Notes under the pieces: generated by a model
Seen by the model: the letters and a program-made list of their open reading frames with translations, nothing else
Told to the model about the DNA's origin: nothing
Database searches by the model: none
Position numbers and translations under genes: made by a program
DNA from: Bdellovibrionales bacterium
GTDB taxonomy: Bacteria > Bdellovibrionota > Bdellovibrionia > Bdellovibrionales > UBA1609
DNA length: 64,000 nt
Reading direction: 5' to 3'
NCBI GenBank assembly: GCA_027317865.1
Contig: DAHVQG010000008.1
Span: forward strand, 1 to 64,000
Shown here: piece by piece, positions 28,095 through 39,717 of the stretch
Position numbering within the stretch: position 1 is the first letter of the stretch
How the letters are laid out: the number at the start of each line of letters is the position of its first letter

Positions 28095-29057
28095 ATGTCC
28101 GTAACGATTAAAGAAATGCTCGACGCCGGTGTGCACTTCGGCCACCAAACCCAGCGTTGGAATCCAAAAATGAAACCATATGTATACGCCGACCGGGGCG
28201 GTATTCATATTATCGACTTACAAAAAACGGTTGTGCATGCTCGGCACGCAGCAGAGTTTATAAAAAAAGTGGCTGCGCGTGGCGGTCGCCTTATTTTTGT
28301 TGGCACCAAGAAACAAGCTGTTGAACCTATCCTCGAGGCCGCCAATAAATGTGGACAATTTCACGTAACAAAACGATGGCTCGGCGGGATGCTCACCAAT
28401 TTCCAAACCATTCAAGCCAGCATCTTGCGTCTTCGAAAAATTGATCAAATGCGTGAAAAAGGGGAGCTTGACTACTTTTCTAAAAAAGAGCGCGCTCAAA
28501 TTGAAAAAGAATATTTAAAGCTAAACGATTACTTAAGCGGTATTCGCGAGATGAAAGACATGCCTTCGGCCATGTTTGTCATCGACTTGAACAAAGAACA
28601 TATTGCTGTCGCTGAAGCCAAACGCTTGGGCATTCCGGTCGTTGCTATCGCCGACACCAACACTGATCCTGAGTTTATTGATTATCCCATTCCGGGAAAT
28701 GACGACGCCATTCGCTCCATCAAGCTTTTCTCAAACATGGTCGCCGATGCTTACATTGAAGGCGCAAAAATTTGGCAAGAAGAGCTCAAGAAAATGGCCG
28801 ATACCCGCGCCAAAGAATCAAAAGAAGAACGGCCTGCGAAACACGAGCGCCCGGGTCGCAAGGGTGAGCCTCAAGCGGACGGCGGACCGGCCGTAATTAA
28901 AGTGGCCAAAGGCCGAAAACTTGTTGCAGCAGGGACGGCGGATGAAGTTGAAATTGAAATGGAACTCGCCTCGCGCGACTCCGAAGCCAGTGACTCTAGC
29001 CCTGACAGCGAAACCGCTGAGGTAAGCGACACTTCGTCAGAAGGAGAATCTAAATAA
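28095..29057 (+). CDS. rpsB: 30S ribosomal protein S2 with acidic C-terminal extension
   Basis: [39 protein letters not shown]. Confidence 0.98.
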   Translation: MSVTIKEMLDAGVHFGHQTQRWNPKMKPYVYADRGGIHIIDLQKTVVHARHAAEFIKKVAARGGRLIFVGTKKQAVEPILEAANKCGQFHVTKRWLGGMLTNFQTIQASILRLRKIDQMREKGELDYFSKKERAQIEKEYLKLNDYLSGIREMKDMPSAMFVIDLNKEHIAVAEAKRLGIPVVAIADTNTDPEFIDYPIPGNDDAIRSIKLFSNMVADAYIEGAKIWQEELKKMADTRAKESKEERPAKHERPGRKGEPQADGGPAVIKVAKGRKLVAAGTADEVEIEMELASRDSEASDSSPDSETAEVSDTSSEGESK

Positions 29058-30457
<1,400 letters not shown>

Positions 30458-30483
30458 TTTTTTAACTTCAAGGGGGCTCGCCG

Positions 30484-31041
30484 ATGACAGAAGAGCTTAA
30501 AACTAAAGCTGAAAATTCAATGAAGCAAGCCGTTCAAGCGTTGACCAATGAGCTTAAAAAAGTTCGTACGGGGCGAGCCCAAGTGAACATGCTCGACTCA
30601 GTTCGAGTCAACTATTACGGACAACCTGCGCCTTTAAATCAAGTCGGCTCGGTTTCTTGCCCTGATGCGCGTTCTTTTTTAATCGCTCCATGGGAGACAA
30701 GTTTGCTTAAAGAAATTGAACAGGCCATCATCAAGAGTGACATCGGCATGGCACCACAAAACGACGGTAAAGTCATTCGTCTGCGACTCCCAGAGCTCAC
30801 TGAAGAACGCCGCAAAGATTTAGTTAAAAGTATAAAAAAAATAGTTGAAGACGCGCGCGTTGCGATTCGCATGGCCCGGCGTGAAGCCAATGATGCTTTA
30901 AAAAGCGCCTTGAAAGATAAGGCGATTAGCGAAGACGAGAACAAGACGGCTACCGACGCAATTCAAAAAATTACCGATGAATACATAAAAAAGGTCGATC
31001 AAATCGGGGCCGAAAAAGAAAAAGAACTTTTAACGGTTTAA
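30484..31041 (+). CDS. frr: Ribosome recycling factor
   Basis: KVRTGRA, PELTEERRKDLVK, AIRMARR. Confidence 0.97.
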   Translation: MTEELKTKAENSMKQAVQALTNELKKVRTGRAQVNMLDSVRVNYYGQPAPLNQVGSVSCPDARSFLIAPWETSLLKEIEQAIIKSDIGMAPQNDGKVIRLRLPELTEERRKDLVKSIKKIVEDARVAIRMARREANDALKSALKDKAISEDENKTATDAIQKITDEYIKKVDQIGAEKEKELLTV

Positions 31042-31046
31042 ATGAA

Positions 31047-31790
31047 GTGACTTCTGAAAATCCAACCTACTTAAAAAGCTCCGCCAGCCACGTAGCCATC
31101 ATAATGGATGGTAACGGCCGCTGGGCACAAGGCCGGGGCCGACCGCGAACTTACGGGCACATTCAAGGCGCGCGAGTGGCAAAGAAAATTATTACTGCCG
31201 CCGTCGAAATGGGCCTTGGCTATTTAACGCTTTTTACTTTCAGTGCGGAAAACTGGCAGCGCCCTAAAACCGAAGTTGATTTTCTCATGCGCCTTTTAGC
31301 TCATCAGATTCGACGCGAGCAAAAAACACTCATGAGTAATAATGTACGCTTTTTCGCCGTCGGCGAGCTTTCGCGCTTGCCGGCAGCTGCACGTACTGTG
31401 GTCCTTGAAACACAAAAGTTGACCGAGAAAAATTCGGGCCTTCAGCTCACTTTTGCACTTAGTTATGGCGGCCAGCAGGAAATTGCGAGGGCGGCGCAGA
31501 AGCTTGCCTTTGCCGCTCAAAGCGGAAAGATTAATCCTGAGTCGATTACTGCCGAAGTGTTTTCGTCATTTTTGGATACGGGTACCTTACCAGCGCCAGA
31601 TCTTATTATTAGAACCAGCGGCGAAAAACGAATTTCAAACTTCATGCTTTGGGCGTGCGCTTACTCGGAAATGTTATTTGTAGACAAACATTGGCCGGAC
31701 TTTACTCGTGACGATTTCTATCTCGCACTTCATGATTTTGGCACTCGCACTCGCCGCTATGGCAAGGTTCTTGCGGCGGTGGCGCCTTGA
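31047..31790 (+). CDS. uppS: Undecaprenyl diphosphate synthase
   Basis: HVAIIMDGNGRWA, FSAENWQRP, DLIIRTSGEKRISNF. Confidence 0.96.
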   Translation: MTSENPTYLKSSASHVAIIMDGNGRWAQGRGRPRTYGHIQGARVAKKIITAAVEMGLGYLTLFTFSAENWQRPKTEVDFLMRLLAHQIRREQKTLMSNNVRFFAVGELSRLPAAARTVVLETQKLTEKNSGLQLTFALSYGGQQEIARAAQKLAFAAQSGKINPESITAEVFSSFLDTGTLPAPDLIIRTSGEKRISNFMLWACAYSEMLFVDKHWPDFTRDDFYLALHDFGTRTRRYGKVLAAVAP

Positions 31791-32611
31791 GCGGGTCCAA
31801 CTTAAGAAAACGGGTTTTTTCGGCTTCGATTATTTTGCTAATACTCTTGCTCGCGACGGTCTTTTTTAAGGCCCGAGGTTTTTTTGTTATCGGTTTAATA
31901 GTATGCGCCGGTGGGATTTTTGAATATACACAACTTGTTCTTCGCTCTCTAAACCAGAAACTTTGGGTTACGCTTATTTACGTCTTGCTTAGCCTTAGCC
32001 TATTGGCAGCAGGCGCTTTCGGATCGCCACAGCAGTCCTTGTTCATCTTTTTTGGATTCTTACCTTTTTTTGCAGCAATTGCGCTTTGGTCAAAGCGGAC
32101 TGCTCAAGATATTTTTTCAACCCAACCTTTCGTAGCTTACTCCGCGCTCGGATTTATTTATGCCGCCTTAATTCCCGGAATTACTCTGCACCTGTTATTC
32201 TCGCACCAAGGAGTGAAGTGGTTTTCTTTACTATTGATCGTGGTGTTTGTCGGTGACATTGCGGCCTACTTTGGCGGCTCAGTTTTAAAAGGCCCGAAAT
32301 TAATGCCCCTTGTGTCCCCAAACAAAACCATCTCGGGTGCCATTTGCGGCCTTTGTGCTTCTTCAGGGGTGGGCGTATTTGCCATTCACTGGCTACATCT
32401 ACCTGTCTCGATGATCGTCGCGTTTTTTATTTGCTTGACCGCAAATTTATTGGCTCAAAGCGGCGATCTTTTTGAATCGTTGTTGAAGCGGGTGAGTAAC
32501 GTAAAGGATTCCGGTTATTTTCTCGCTGGTCATGGTGGCGTATTAGATCGACTCGATGGTGTTTATTTTGCGGCGCCCGTAATTCTTTGCGCCGCGCACT
32601 GGTTTTCGTAA
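31787..32611 (+). CDS. cdsA: Phosphatidate cytidylyltransferase
   Basis: Multi-TM; SPNKTISG, GDLFESLLKR, KDSG, GHGGVLDRLD. Confidence 0.95.
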   Translation: MSGSNLRKRVFSASIILLILLLATVFFKARGFFVIGLIVCAGGIFEYTQLVLRSLNQKLWVTLIYVLLSLSLLAAGAFGSPQQSLFIFFGFLPFFAAIALWSKRTAQDIFSTQPFVAYSALGFIYAALIPGITLHLLFSHQGVKWFSLLLIVVFVGDIAAYFGGSVLKGPKLMPLVSPNKTISGAICGLCASSGVGVFAIHWLHLPVSMIVAFFICLTANLLAQSGDLFESLLKRVSNVKDSGYFLAGHGGVLDRLDGVYFAAPVILCAAHWFS

Positions 32612-32634
32612 AGAAACTTACTTAGAATACAAAA

Positions 32635-34353
32635 ATGGACGTTGTAATTCAATTTCTCCACCGGGTTCTGCTTGATGTGGGCCCATTTTGTTTGATGCTT
32701 GGGCTTTTGATATTTGTTCACGAACTTGGTCACTATCTCGTGGCCGTACTAAGCGGCGTTCGAGTTGAAACATTTAGTCTTGGTTTCGGTCGCAAAATTT
32801 TTTCGTTTAAACGCGGACCAACAACTTACAAAATCGCTATTATTCCGCTTGGCGGCTACGTCAAAATGTACGGCGATGATCCTTCGGCTGAAATACCCGA
32901 AGCCGAACGCCGGTATGCATTTTTAAAAAAACCGCTATTGCCGCGAACCGCGATTGTTTTGGCCGGCCCACTCATGAACCTTATTTTTGCTGTGCTTCTT
33001 TTTATGGCGGTGGGGATGATCGGCCAAGAAGTTCCTGGTACGCAGCTTGGCGATATTGCGCCTCAAACCATGGCCTACGCGGCCGGTTTTCGCTCTGGCG
33101 ATCAAATCAAAAATATTAACGGCTCGCCCGTCTTTAAGTGGCAAGACGTGAAAAACGATATTGAATCGCACCCCGGCAAACAACTTCGCTTTGAAGTAAA
33201 GGGTGCGCATGACGGAAGTACGCGAATGGTGCTTGCGACACCTAAGCTTGAAAAAAACGGTTTTCTTTTTAGTTTTAAAAATCGCATCGGAAAAATAAAC
33301 GGACTAACGACAAATTCAGACTCCACGACGATCGGAGTGGCAAATCCAAATTCAATCGCGGCCAAAGCCGGCTTACACACTTTTGATATAATTGAAAAAA
33401 TCGATGGCAAGTCCGTAATGTTTTGGCGCGATCTTGGGCCATTACTTTTAAAAACGGCGCCGGGCCATAAAGTATGGAATTTGACTGTTCAGCCCTACAA
33501 TGGTCAAAGCGTGAATTCATCGCCCACTGAAGGGTCTTCGTCAGCAAAACTGATGACGATAAAACTTAAAATTCCCAGTGCCCTTTCTGCTCAACCCACG
33601 AAACTGCTAAAGCAACTCGGAATTGATCGCTCCGATATGTTTTTGTTAGCGGTAAAAAGGGGTTCGCCGGCGGCAAAGGCCGGCCTCAAAGTTGGCGATA
33701 AAATGGTCGCAATAAACCATCTTGAGCTTCAAAAATGGCAGCAGGTGCTAGAAGATGTTAAATCTTTTCGGCCGCAAGACAAAACCATGGCGTTTACAAT
33801 CTTGCGTAATGGTAAATTAATGCAGTTTAATATTACTCCGATGCTCGTGTCTTTGCCTACGGGGCAAGGAACAACTGCAAAACGTTACGCCGTCGGAGTG
33901 CTCCCTGCCGTAATCTATATAACCGGCAATGGATATTTAGAAAAATATAAGAACCCGGTGCGGGCCTTTGTATTTGGCGTAAAATCGGCCTACCACTGGA
34001 CAAAAATTATCGCCATAAGCTTTTTACGCCTTGTTCAAGATAAGGTTTCAGCGCGAAACTTAGGGAGCGTAATTTCAATTGGTCGAATTGCAACTCGATC
34101 TTACGAAGCCGGGCTCACTGCATTTTTAAGAATGATGTCCATTATTTCGATTGACCTCTTCTTGCTAAATCTTTTGCCCGTACCTGTTTTAGACGGCGGG
34201 CACCTTTTGTTTTTTGCAATCGAAGCAGTCAAAGGGGCGCCTTTAAGTTTGCGTAAAATGGAAATTGCTCAACAAGTCGGACTTGTCCTGCTTTTGAGTC
34301 TTATGATATTTGCCTTATTCAATGACATCAGCCACCTCATGTCTTCATGGTAA
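32635..34353 (+). CDS. rseP: RIP metalloprotease RseP with multiple PDZ domains
   Basis: HELGH, IPLGGYVKM, AGPLMN, NLLPVPVLDGGH; three PDZ-like segments. Confidence 0.95.
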   Translation: MDVVIQFLHRVLLDVGPFCLMLGLLIFVHELGHYLVAVLSGVRVETFSLGFGRKIFSFKRGPTTYKIAIIPLGGYVKMYGDDPSAEIPEAERRYAFLKKPLLPRTAIVLAGPLMNLIFAVLLFMAVGMIGQEVPGTQLGDIAPQTMAYAAGFRSGDQIKNINGSPVFKWQDVKNDIESHPGKQLRFEVKGAHDGSTRMVLATPKLEKNGFLFSFKNRIGKINGLTTNSDSTTIGVANPNSIAAKAGLHTFDIIEKIDGKSVMFWRDLGPLLLKTAPGHKVWNLTVQPYNGQSVNSSPTEGSSSAKLMTIKLKIPSALSAQPTKLLKQLGIDRSDMFLLAVKRGSPAAKAGLKVGDKMVAINHLELQKWQQVLEDVKSFRPQDKTMAFTILRNGKLMQFNITPMLVSLPTGQGTTAKRYAVGVLPAVIYITGNGYLEKYKNPVRAFVFGVKSAYHWTKIIAISFLRLVQDKVSARNLGSVISIGRIATRSYEAGLTAFLRMMSIISIDLFLLNLLPVPVLDGGHLLFFAIEAVKGAPLSLRKMEIAQQVGLVLLLSLMIFALFNDISHLMSSW

Positions 34354-35053
34354 AAGCGGTTTTACAATTGCGGTTGAGACTTCAACTGCGCTTGGTAGCC
34401 TTGCCCTATTCGATGGGTCTAATCTTATTGAACAAAAAACCTGGCACAAGAATGGCTCGCATAGCGAGTTTGTAACGGCTTCGTTTTCTGAAATTTTAGA
34501 TATGCAAAAAGTGGCACCCTCAGAAATCGCCCAAATCGCTGTCGGCCTTGGCCCCGGTAGTTTTACGGGAATTCGCGTGGCCGTAAATTTTGCCCGGACA
34601 CTCGGCTATGCATTATCAGTTCCAATTATAGGCCAAAATTCGCTTGAGCTTTTGGCGTACCAACAGGGCCTCCGGGAATTTGAACAACCAATATTTGTTT
34701 TACAATATGGGTTTCGAGATATTTTTTACGGCGCACAATACAAATACGAAACTGACTCTACAGGCCAAGCTTATTTGCGTGAAATTGAAAAACCATTTGC
34801 CGTATTGGCTTCAGAAGTCCCGAAATGGATTCCTAAAGGGGCCCGAGTCATTGGTCGAGGGATGGAGCATATTGAGACTTCTGACCGGTGGGACATTAAT
34901 ACAAACGATAAACGAGACCCTGAAGCCGCTTTTTTTTCCGGGACTTTGGTCAGAAACACAACGAATTTGTCACTAAGTAATTGGATTCACACAATTCCTC
35001 TTTATATTCGCGCATCCGAAGCCGAAGAGAAAATGCGGTCATCCGCATTTTAA
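34322..35053 (+). CDS. tsaB: tRNA threonylcarbamoyladenosine biosynthesis protein TsaB
   Basis: IAVETS, HSE, AVGLGPGSFTGIRV, PLYIR; start codon uncertain. Confidence 0.9.
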   Translation: MTSATSCLHGKSGFTIAVETSTALGSLALFDGSNLIEQKTWHKNGSHSEFVTASFSEILDMQKVAPSEIAQIAVGLGPGSFTGIRVAVNFARTLGYALSVPIIGQNSLELLAYQQGLREFEQPIFVLQYGFRDIFYGAQYKYETDSTGQAYLREIEKPFAVLASEVPKWIPKGARVIGRGMEHIETSDRWDINTNDKRDPEAAFFSGTLVRNTTNLSLSNWIHTIPLYIRASEAEEKMRSSAF

Positions 35054-35054
35054 T

Positions 35055-36038
35055 TTGAGGCTTTTATTGAATAACGTAGTGCAAATTGCTGATTTTAAAA
35101 ATTCCGTGCGTGGCGCCGGTTCACCTGCGTCGATTTTAATTGCCGTCGGCGGTGGCAAGGGCGGTGTCGGTAAAAGCTTCTTGAGTACGAACATCGGAAT
35201 CTTTCTCGCCAACATGGGTTTTAACACGATTATTGTTGATTGTGACCTCGGCGCACCTAACGTGCACACTTGTCTTGGCGAGCCCCCGCCAAAAAATAAC
35301 TTTCACGAATTTCTGTCGGGCAAAATGGATTCTATTGTTGAAGCCGCTGTTGCGACACAATTCCCAAAGCTCAGATTTATTTCAGGCAGCAATGATCACG
35401 GCGAACTCGCCAATATCTCGATACAAGATCAAAGCCGGCTCATGTCGGCGATTTACAACGTTGAAGCCGATTTTACGATTTTAGACCTAAGCGCTGGAAC
35501 CCACACCTCAACCCTTGATTTTTTTCTTATGGCACAAAGGCATCTCATTACGTTAACCCCAGATCCAACCAGCATTGAAAACGCTTACCGCTTTATGAAA
35601 GCCGCATTTTTTCGAAAAATTAAACGCTTTGAGCGCCAGCTTGGCCTGGAAAATCTTGTCGCCTCGCTTATGACTCAACCAGAACAAAATGCCATTCGCG
35701 TACCGGCAGATCTAATGCGCGAAATATTAAAAAAAGAGCCCGAACAAGGAAGCGAACTCGCTGGTTTCATGGATCAGCTGCAATTTGAGCTCGTAATTAA
35801 TCAAATTCGAAGCACAAAAGACATTAAACTCGCGCATTCCGTTTCTACCGTTTCAAAAAAATATTTTGGCTTAGGAGCGAATGTTTTAGGACATCTCGAC
35901 TACGACAACGCCGTGTGGCACGCCTTGAGAAAAAGGCGGCCTCTGATTCTTGAATTTCCACATAGCCCGCTTTACGCACAAATTTTGGCTATAGCTCGCG
36001 ACTTAGCAAGTCCACACATAAAAAAAGCTGTGATATGA
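35055..36038 (+). CDS. MinD/FlhG-family P-loop ATPase
   Basis: GGGKGGVGKS deviant Walker A, DCDLGAPN, ILDLSAG, TPDPTSIENAY. Confidence 0.88.
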   Translation: MRLLLNNVVQIADFKNSVRGAGSPASILIAVGGGKGGVGKSFLSTNIGIFLANMGFNTIIVDCDLGAPNVHTCLGEPPPKNNFHEFLSGKMDSIVEAAVATQFPKLRFISGSNDHGELANISIQDQSRLMSAIYNVEADFTILDLSAGTHTSTLDFFLMAQRHLITLTPDPTSIENAYRFMKAAFFRKIKRFERQLGLENLVASLMTQPEQNAIRVPADLMREILKKEPEQGSELAGFMDQLQFELVINQIRSTKDIKLAHSVSTVSKKYFGLGANVLGHLDYDNAVWHALRKRRPLILEFPHSPLYAQILAIARDLASPHIKKAVI

Positions 36039-36070
36039 TCGGTTGAAACCACGAGGATACGCGCTAACTT

Positions 36071-36748
36071 ATGACTTCCAAACCGTTCGATCAGAACTTT
36101 TATGATTTACTCGAAGTGCCCCGTACGGCTGCACATCATGAAATTGTTGAGGCCTATCAGCGCGCTAAAGAAGCTTATGCGCCTGACAGTCCGGCCCTTT
36201 ATACAATGTTTTCAAAAGAAGAAGCCGCCGAATTGCGCCGCCTCGTCGAAGAGGCTTTTATGGTCCTTGGTAATCAGACAAAACGCCGCGAGTACGATAA
36301 TATACTTTTGGCACGAGAGAATAAATTTGAAGGCACCGCTACAGTACAAAGCCCACAAGCCAGCCGTGATAAAGTAACTCAGCCCTCGTCGGCTATACCG
36401 GCGCCGGCAGGCACAAGCGGGCCACTCCCCGATGGATTTGCCCGAAGCCGCCTGAGTGTTTATGAGGTCCGCCCTGAAATCGAGAATGAAATTGCACAAC
36501 AAAAGTCATTTGACGGCGCATTTTTGCGTAAAGTTCGCCAATATAAGGGAATTCATATCGATCAACTGAGCAAAGAAACGCGAATCAGTCGAAGTTACCT
36601 CGTAGCAATTGAGGCGGAAGATTATGAGGGCCTTCCGGCTCCCGTTTTTGTTCGCGGTTTTCTAGTGCAAATTGCGCGAACACTTGCACTAAATGAAAAT
36701 CTGGTGGCCAATTCGTACATGTCACGCTTTCACAATTCAAAAAGTTGA
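36071..36748 (+). CDS. J-domain-like plus HTH (RodZ/HTH_25-type) protein
   Basis: NFYDLLEV...AYQRAKEAYAPD...AFMVLGNQTKRREYD; C-terminal GAFLRKVR...ETRISRSYLVAIE...LPAPVFVRGFL. Confidence 0.82.
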   Translation: MTSKPFDQNFYDLLEVPRTAAHHEIVEAYQRAKEAYAPDSPALYTMFSKEEAAELRRLVEEAFMVLGNQTKRREYDNILLARENKFEGTATVQSPQASRDKVTQPSSAIPAPAGTSGPLPDGFARSRLSVYEVRPEIENEIAQQKSFDGAFLRKVRQYKGIHIDQLSKETRISRSYLVAIEAEDYEGLPAPVFVRGFLVQIARTLALNENLVANSYMSRFHNSKS

Positions 36749-37725
36749 ATCAACCAAAATTTGTCACATTCATATTTACCGCTGCAACAACCGGAGAACG
36801 GCTCGACAAAGCGCTTTCCGCTGCCCCGCAAATCATGAGCCGCTCGCAAGCGACAAGCTTAATCGATCGCGGATTTGTGACGCGCAATAATCAACCGGTC
36901 AAGCCCGCGCATAAAACGACAACTGGCGAAACGTTTCAGGTGTGTATCCCGCTTGAAGAGCCCGTTGAAATTACACCATTTGCTTTGAAACTAAATATTA
37001 TTTTTGAAGATACTGACGTCCTTGTCGTAAATAAGCCCTCCGGTCTTGTCGTACATCCGGCAGCCGGACACCGCGAAAATACCCTCGTCAATGCGCTTGT
37101 TCACCATACAAATAATCTTGCTGGAGGATTTCACAAAACTCGCCCCGGAATCGTCCACCGAATCGATAAAGACACGAGCGGACTACTCGTCGTTGCGAAG
37201 AGCGATATCGCCCTACGAAGTTTAGCAAAACAATTTAAAAATAAGACGACCCATCGCGTGTATTGGGCTGTGGTCTATGGCTTATTAAGAAATCCGAGCG
37301 GTAGCATTACAAGTTATATCCGCCGTCACCCGGTTGATCGAAAAAAATTCGCTTCAGAAAAATTACAGGGCGTAACCGCTCCGACGGGTAAGCTCGCTAT
37401 CACCCATTATGATGTTAAAAAAGCGAACCAAGTCGGGCTTTCGTTAATTCATTGTAAGCTTGAAACAGGGCGTACCCATCAAATTCGTGTGCATCTATCC
37501 GAACTTGGTCATCCGATTGTTGCTGATCCAATATACTCCACAACCCATCGTATTCGCTCGTTTAAATCCGTTCATATGCGCCAACAAGTTGAAAATGTCC
37601 CTCACCTCATGCTTCATGCGGCAGAACTTGGATTTACCCATCCAACAACGGGTAAGCGGCTTCAATTTTCACAACCCTGGCCAGATGAGCTGCTGCCCTT
37701 CTTGCAGGAATTGCAGTTTGTATGA
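36745..37725 (+). CDS. rluD: 23S rRNA pseudouridine synthase RluD
   Basis: S4 domain RLDKAL; VNKPSGLVVHP, RPGIVHRIDKDTSG, LETGRTHQIRVH. Confidence 0.95.
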   Translation: MNQPKFVTFIFTAATTGERLDKALSAAPQIMSRSQATSLIDRGFVTRNNQPVKPAHKTTTGETFQVCIPLEEPVEITPFALKLNIIFEDTDVLVVNKPSGLVVHPAAGHRENTLVNALVHHTNNLAGGFHKTRPGIVHRIDKDTSGLLVVAKSDIALRSLAKQFKNKTTHRVYWAVVYGLLRNPSGSITSYIRRHPVDRKKFASEKLQGVTAPTGKLAITHYDVKKANQVGLSLIHCKLETGRTHQIRVHLSELGHPIVADPIYSTTHRIRSFKSVHMRQQVENVPHLMLHAAELGFTHPTTGKRLQFSQPWPDELLPFLQELQFV

Positions 37726-38447
37726 GTCGCGACGTTAGTGATTCATTTTTGCCGGTAAAATGGCGCGGCAATTGCGTAGGATATAGCCTTCAGCTCAACG
37801 GCATTCTTTTTTTCTTCGGAAACCGCCATGTAAACGAAAATTGTCTTAGTGAGATATACCCGCAATTGAGCTGGTGTCGGATGAGGCAAATGCATAGTAA
37901 TGTTGTCACAAAGGTTTCACCTCCGGTTTTTGCTGATCCAACGGCTGATGCGATTTGGACCAATGCGAAAAATTTGGGCCTAATCGTTTCAACAGCCGAT
38001 TGTTTACCAATTCTGATTGCTACTCAAAGTGGCATCGCTGCAATTCATGCGGGATGGAGGGGTGTGTTAAGCGGCATCACTTCTCGAACTCTTCAGGAAC
38101 TTTATGAAGATTCGGATAACAGTAAAAAATTTGGAGCTGCGCTTATTGGCCCGCACATTGAGCAGACTAGTTTTGATTTTAGTCGATCAGACGCGCAGCC
38201 ATTTTTTGATCTCGCTCTCCGTCTTAAATTAAATTCGGATCTTGTTGTTGCTAACGGGAACGCAAACTCGACCAAGGTGAGGGTCGCGCTTCGCTCCTTC
38301 GTTCATGCCCAAATCACACAAACCGGTTACATTAGCGCGCAAGATATTTTGGAGTTGCCGATCAACACCTTTACGGCCCCCGAATTCCATTCCTACCGCC
38401 GAGAAAAAGAGCCCGGCCGCAATCTCAGTTTTGTTGCTCGACTATAA
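37722..38447 (+). CDS. pgeF: PgeF/YfiH family polyphenol oxidase-like nucleoside phosphorylase
   Basis: QMHS, ADAIWT, TADCLPIL, AAIHAGWRG, SYRR; downstream of rluD. Confidence 0.88.
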   Translation: MSRDVSDSFLPVKWRGNCVGYSLQLNGILFFFGNRHVNENCLSEIYPQLSWCRMRQMHSNVVTKVSPPVFADPTADAIWTNAKNLGLIVSTADCLPILIATQSGIAAIHAGWRGVLSGITSRTLQELYEDSDNSKKFGAALIGPHIEQTSFDFSRSDAQPFFDLALRLKLNSDLVVANGNANSTKVRVALRSFVHAQITQTGYISAQDILELPINTFTAPEFHSYRREKEPGRNLSFVARL

Positions 38448-38474
38448 AACTTGGTGCGACTAGACTGATAAATA

Positions 38475-38951
38475 ATGGAACTCAGTGCAACCAATGGCCA
38501 TCGCCACCTCAACTACTTAGCAACCGGTTCATTGCTGCTTCTTTTTTTATTGTCGTCTATTCTGTATTTTAGCTCCTCTATGCGTAAGCCATTGCGGCAA
38601 TTTTTTGCACCTCCTCGGAGAAAAATTTTATCCGTAGCAGTTGGCCCCGTGATGCCGGGAATTAATGCAAAAGTGTTAAAGGTAAAAACGCCAAATGGAA
38701 TATATCTTGAGATTTACGGCCCTGTTGCGAAGGGCGTAGCGCCATTGATTCAAAAGATTAAACTGCCTGATGACCAGGACGCCTTATTTCAATTTCAAGG
38801 TCGCGCAACTGATCTGGCTCTGGAGGACCTCAATAATGACGGAATGTTCGATATCATCGCGCCAACGTATGACCGCTCACTCATGCCCCACCTCAATATT
38901 TATCAATATGATAAAAACACCAAGGTTTTCACGCCTTACGAGAGACAATAA
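38475..38951 (+). CDS. Membrane-anchored hypothetical protein with FG-GAP-like Ca-binding loop
   Basis: N-terminal TM; DLNNDGMFDI motif. Confidence 0.65.
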   Translation: MELSATNGHRHLNYLATGSLLLLFLLSSILYFSSSMRKPLRQFFAPPRRKILSVAVGPVMPGINAKVLKVKTPNGIYLEIYGPVAKGVAPLIQKIKLPDDQDALFQFQGRATDLALEDLNNDGMFDIIAPTYDRSLMPHLNIYQYDKNTKVFTPYERQ

Positions 38952-38954
38952 AAT

Positions 38955-38983
38955 TTGACATGATGCGGCGCGCGTGCTAAAAG
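38955..38983 (+). promoter_or_regulatory. Putative sigma70 promoter
   Basis: TTGACA-N17-TAAAAG with extended TG; AGGAG SD follows. Confidence 0.55.
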
Positions 38984-39006
38984 CTGCTCTCTAGGAGTCC
39001 CTTCAA

Positions 39007-39717
39007 GTGCGACTAAGAATTTGCGTTTTATTGTTAGCGTTTTTGGGTGTTACAGGAATGATCAGCTGTACTCAAAGTTATATTCCTGGGACCTATAACA
39101 GCTATTGCCCCGCCACAAACCCACAACCCGGAAAACTGCAAACTGCGGGGATTAAATTATTGCCTAAACAATCCATCGAGCTTCGCGCCGGAACCCATTT
39201 TACTCCGCAACCAGCTACTTACGTGTTTCAGTCGGCTACCGTTTATTACAATGATAAATATAATGACTTTCATCTCTATTTTAATATTCAAAAAAATGCT
39301 GCTGGCAAATATACCGCGACTCTCAACTGCGACAGCGGTGGCGGGCTTTCGCCAAACCAGAAATCATTTACTTCGATTCCAATTTCATTTGTTTCAAGCA
39401 TAAATTATTCAAAGGGTGGCGGCCTGCTTATTAAACGTCACCAATTGACCTTTACGTTCGGCAAACCGAAAAATCCTTCCGATTACTATTTACGTGACAT
39501 CAATGTAACTCCGCCCGGCCCCGCCCCTTTGACTTCGAGTGATCCAACAAACACATATGTTGGCTTTGCCAATGTTGTTCAAGAGTTTGCCCAAGTCGCC
39601 CCCGCTTCAAGCGGGAGTTTTATCCTTTGGTCCGAAGCACAGGCGCCAGCACGCGGTCAGGGGCCAAATGGAACCGGTTTAGATATTCGCGTTCTAGTCA
39701 ATTTAGTGCGCCGCTGA
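39007..39717 (+). CDS. Hypothetical lipoprotein
   Basis: MRLRICVLLLAFLGVTGMIS-C lipobox-like signal; AGGAG SD. Confidence 0.7.
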   Translation: MRLRICVLLLAFLGVTGMISCTQSYIPGTYNSYCPATNPQPGKLQTAGIKLLPKQSIELRAGTHFTPQPATYVFQSATVYYNDKYNDFHLYFNIQKNAAGKYTATLNCDSGGGLSPNQKSFTSIPISFVSSINYSKGGGLLIKRHQLTFTFGKPKNPSDYYLRDINVTPPGPAPLTSSDPTNTYVGFANVVQEFAQVAPASSGSFILWSEAQAPARGQGPNGTGLDIRVLVNLVRR

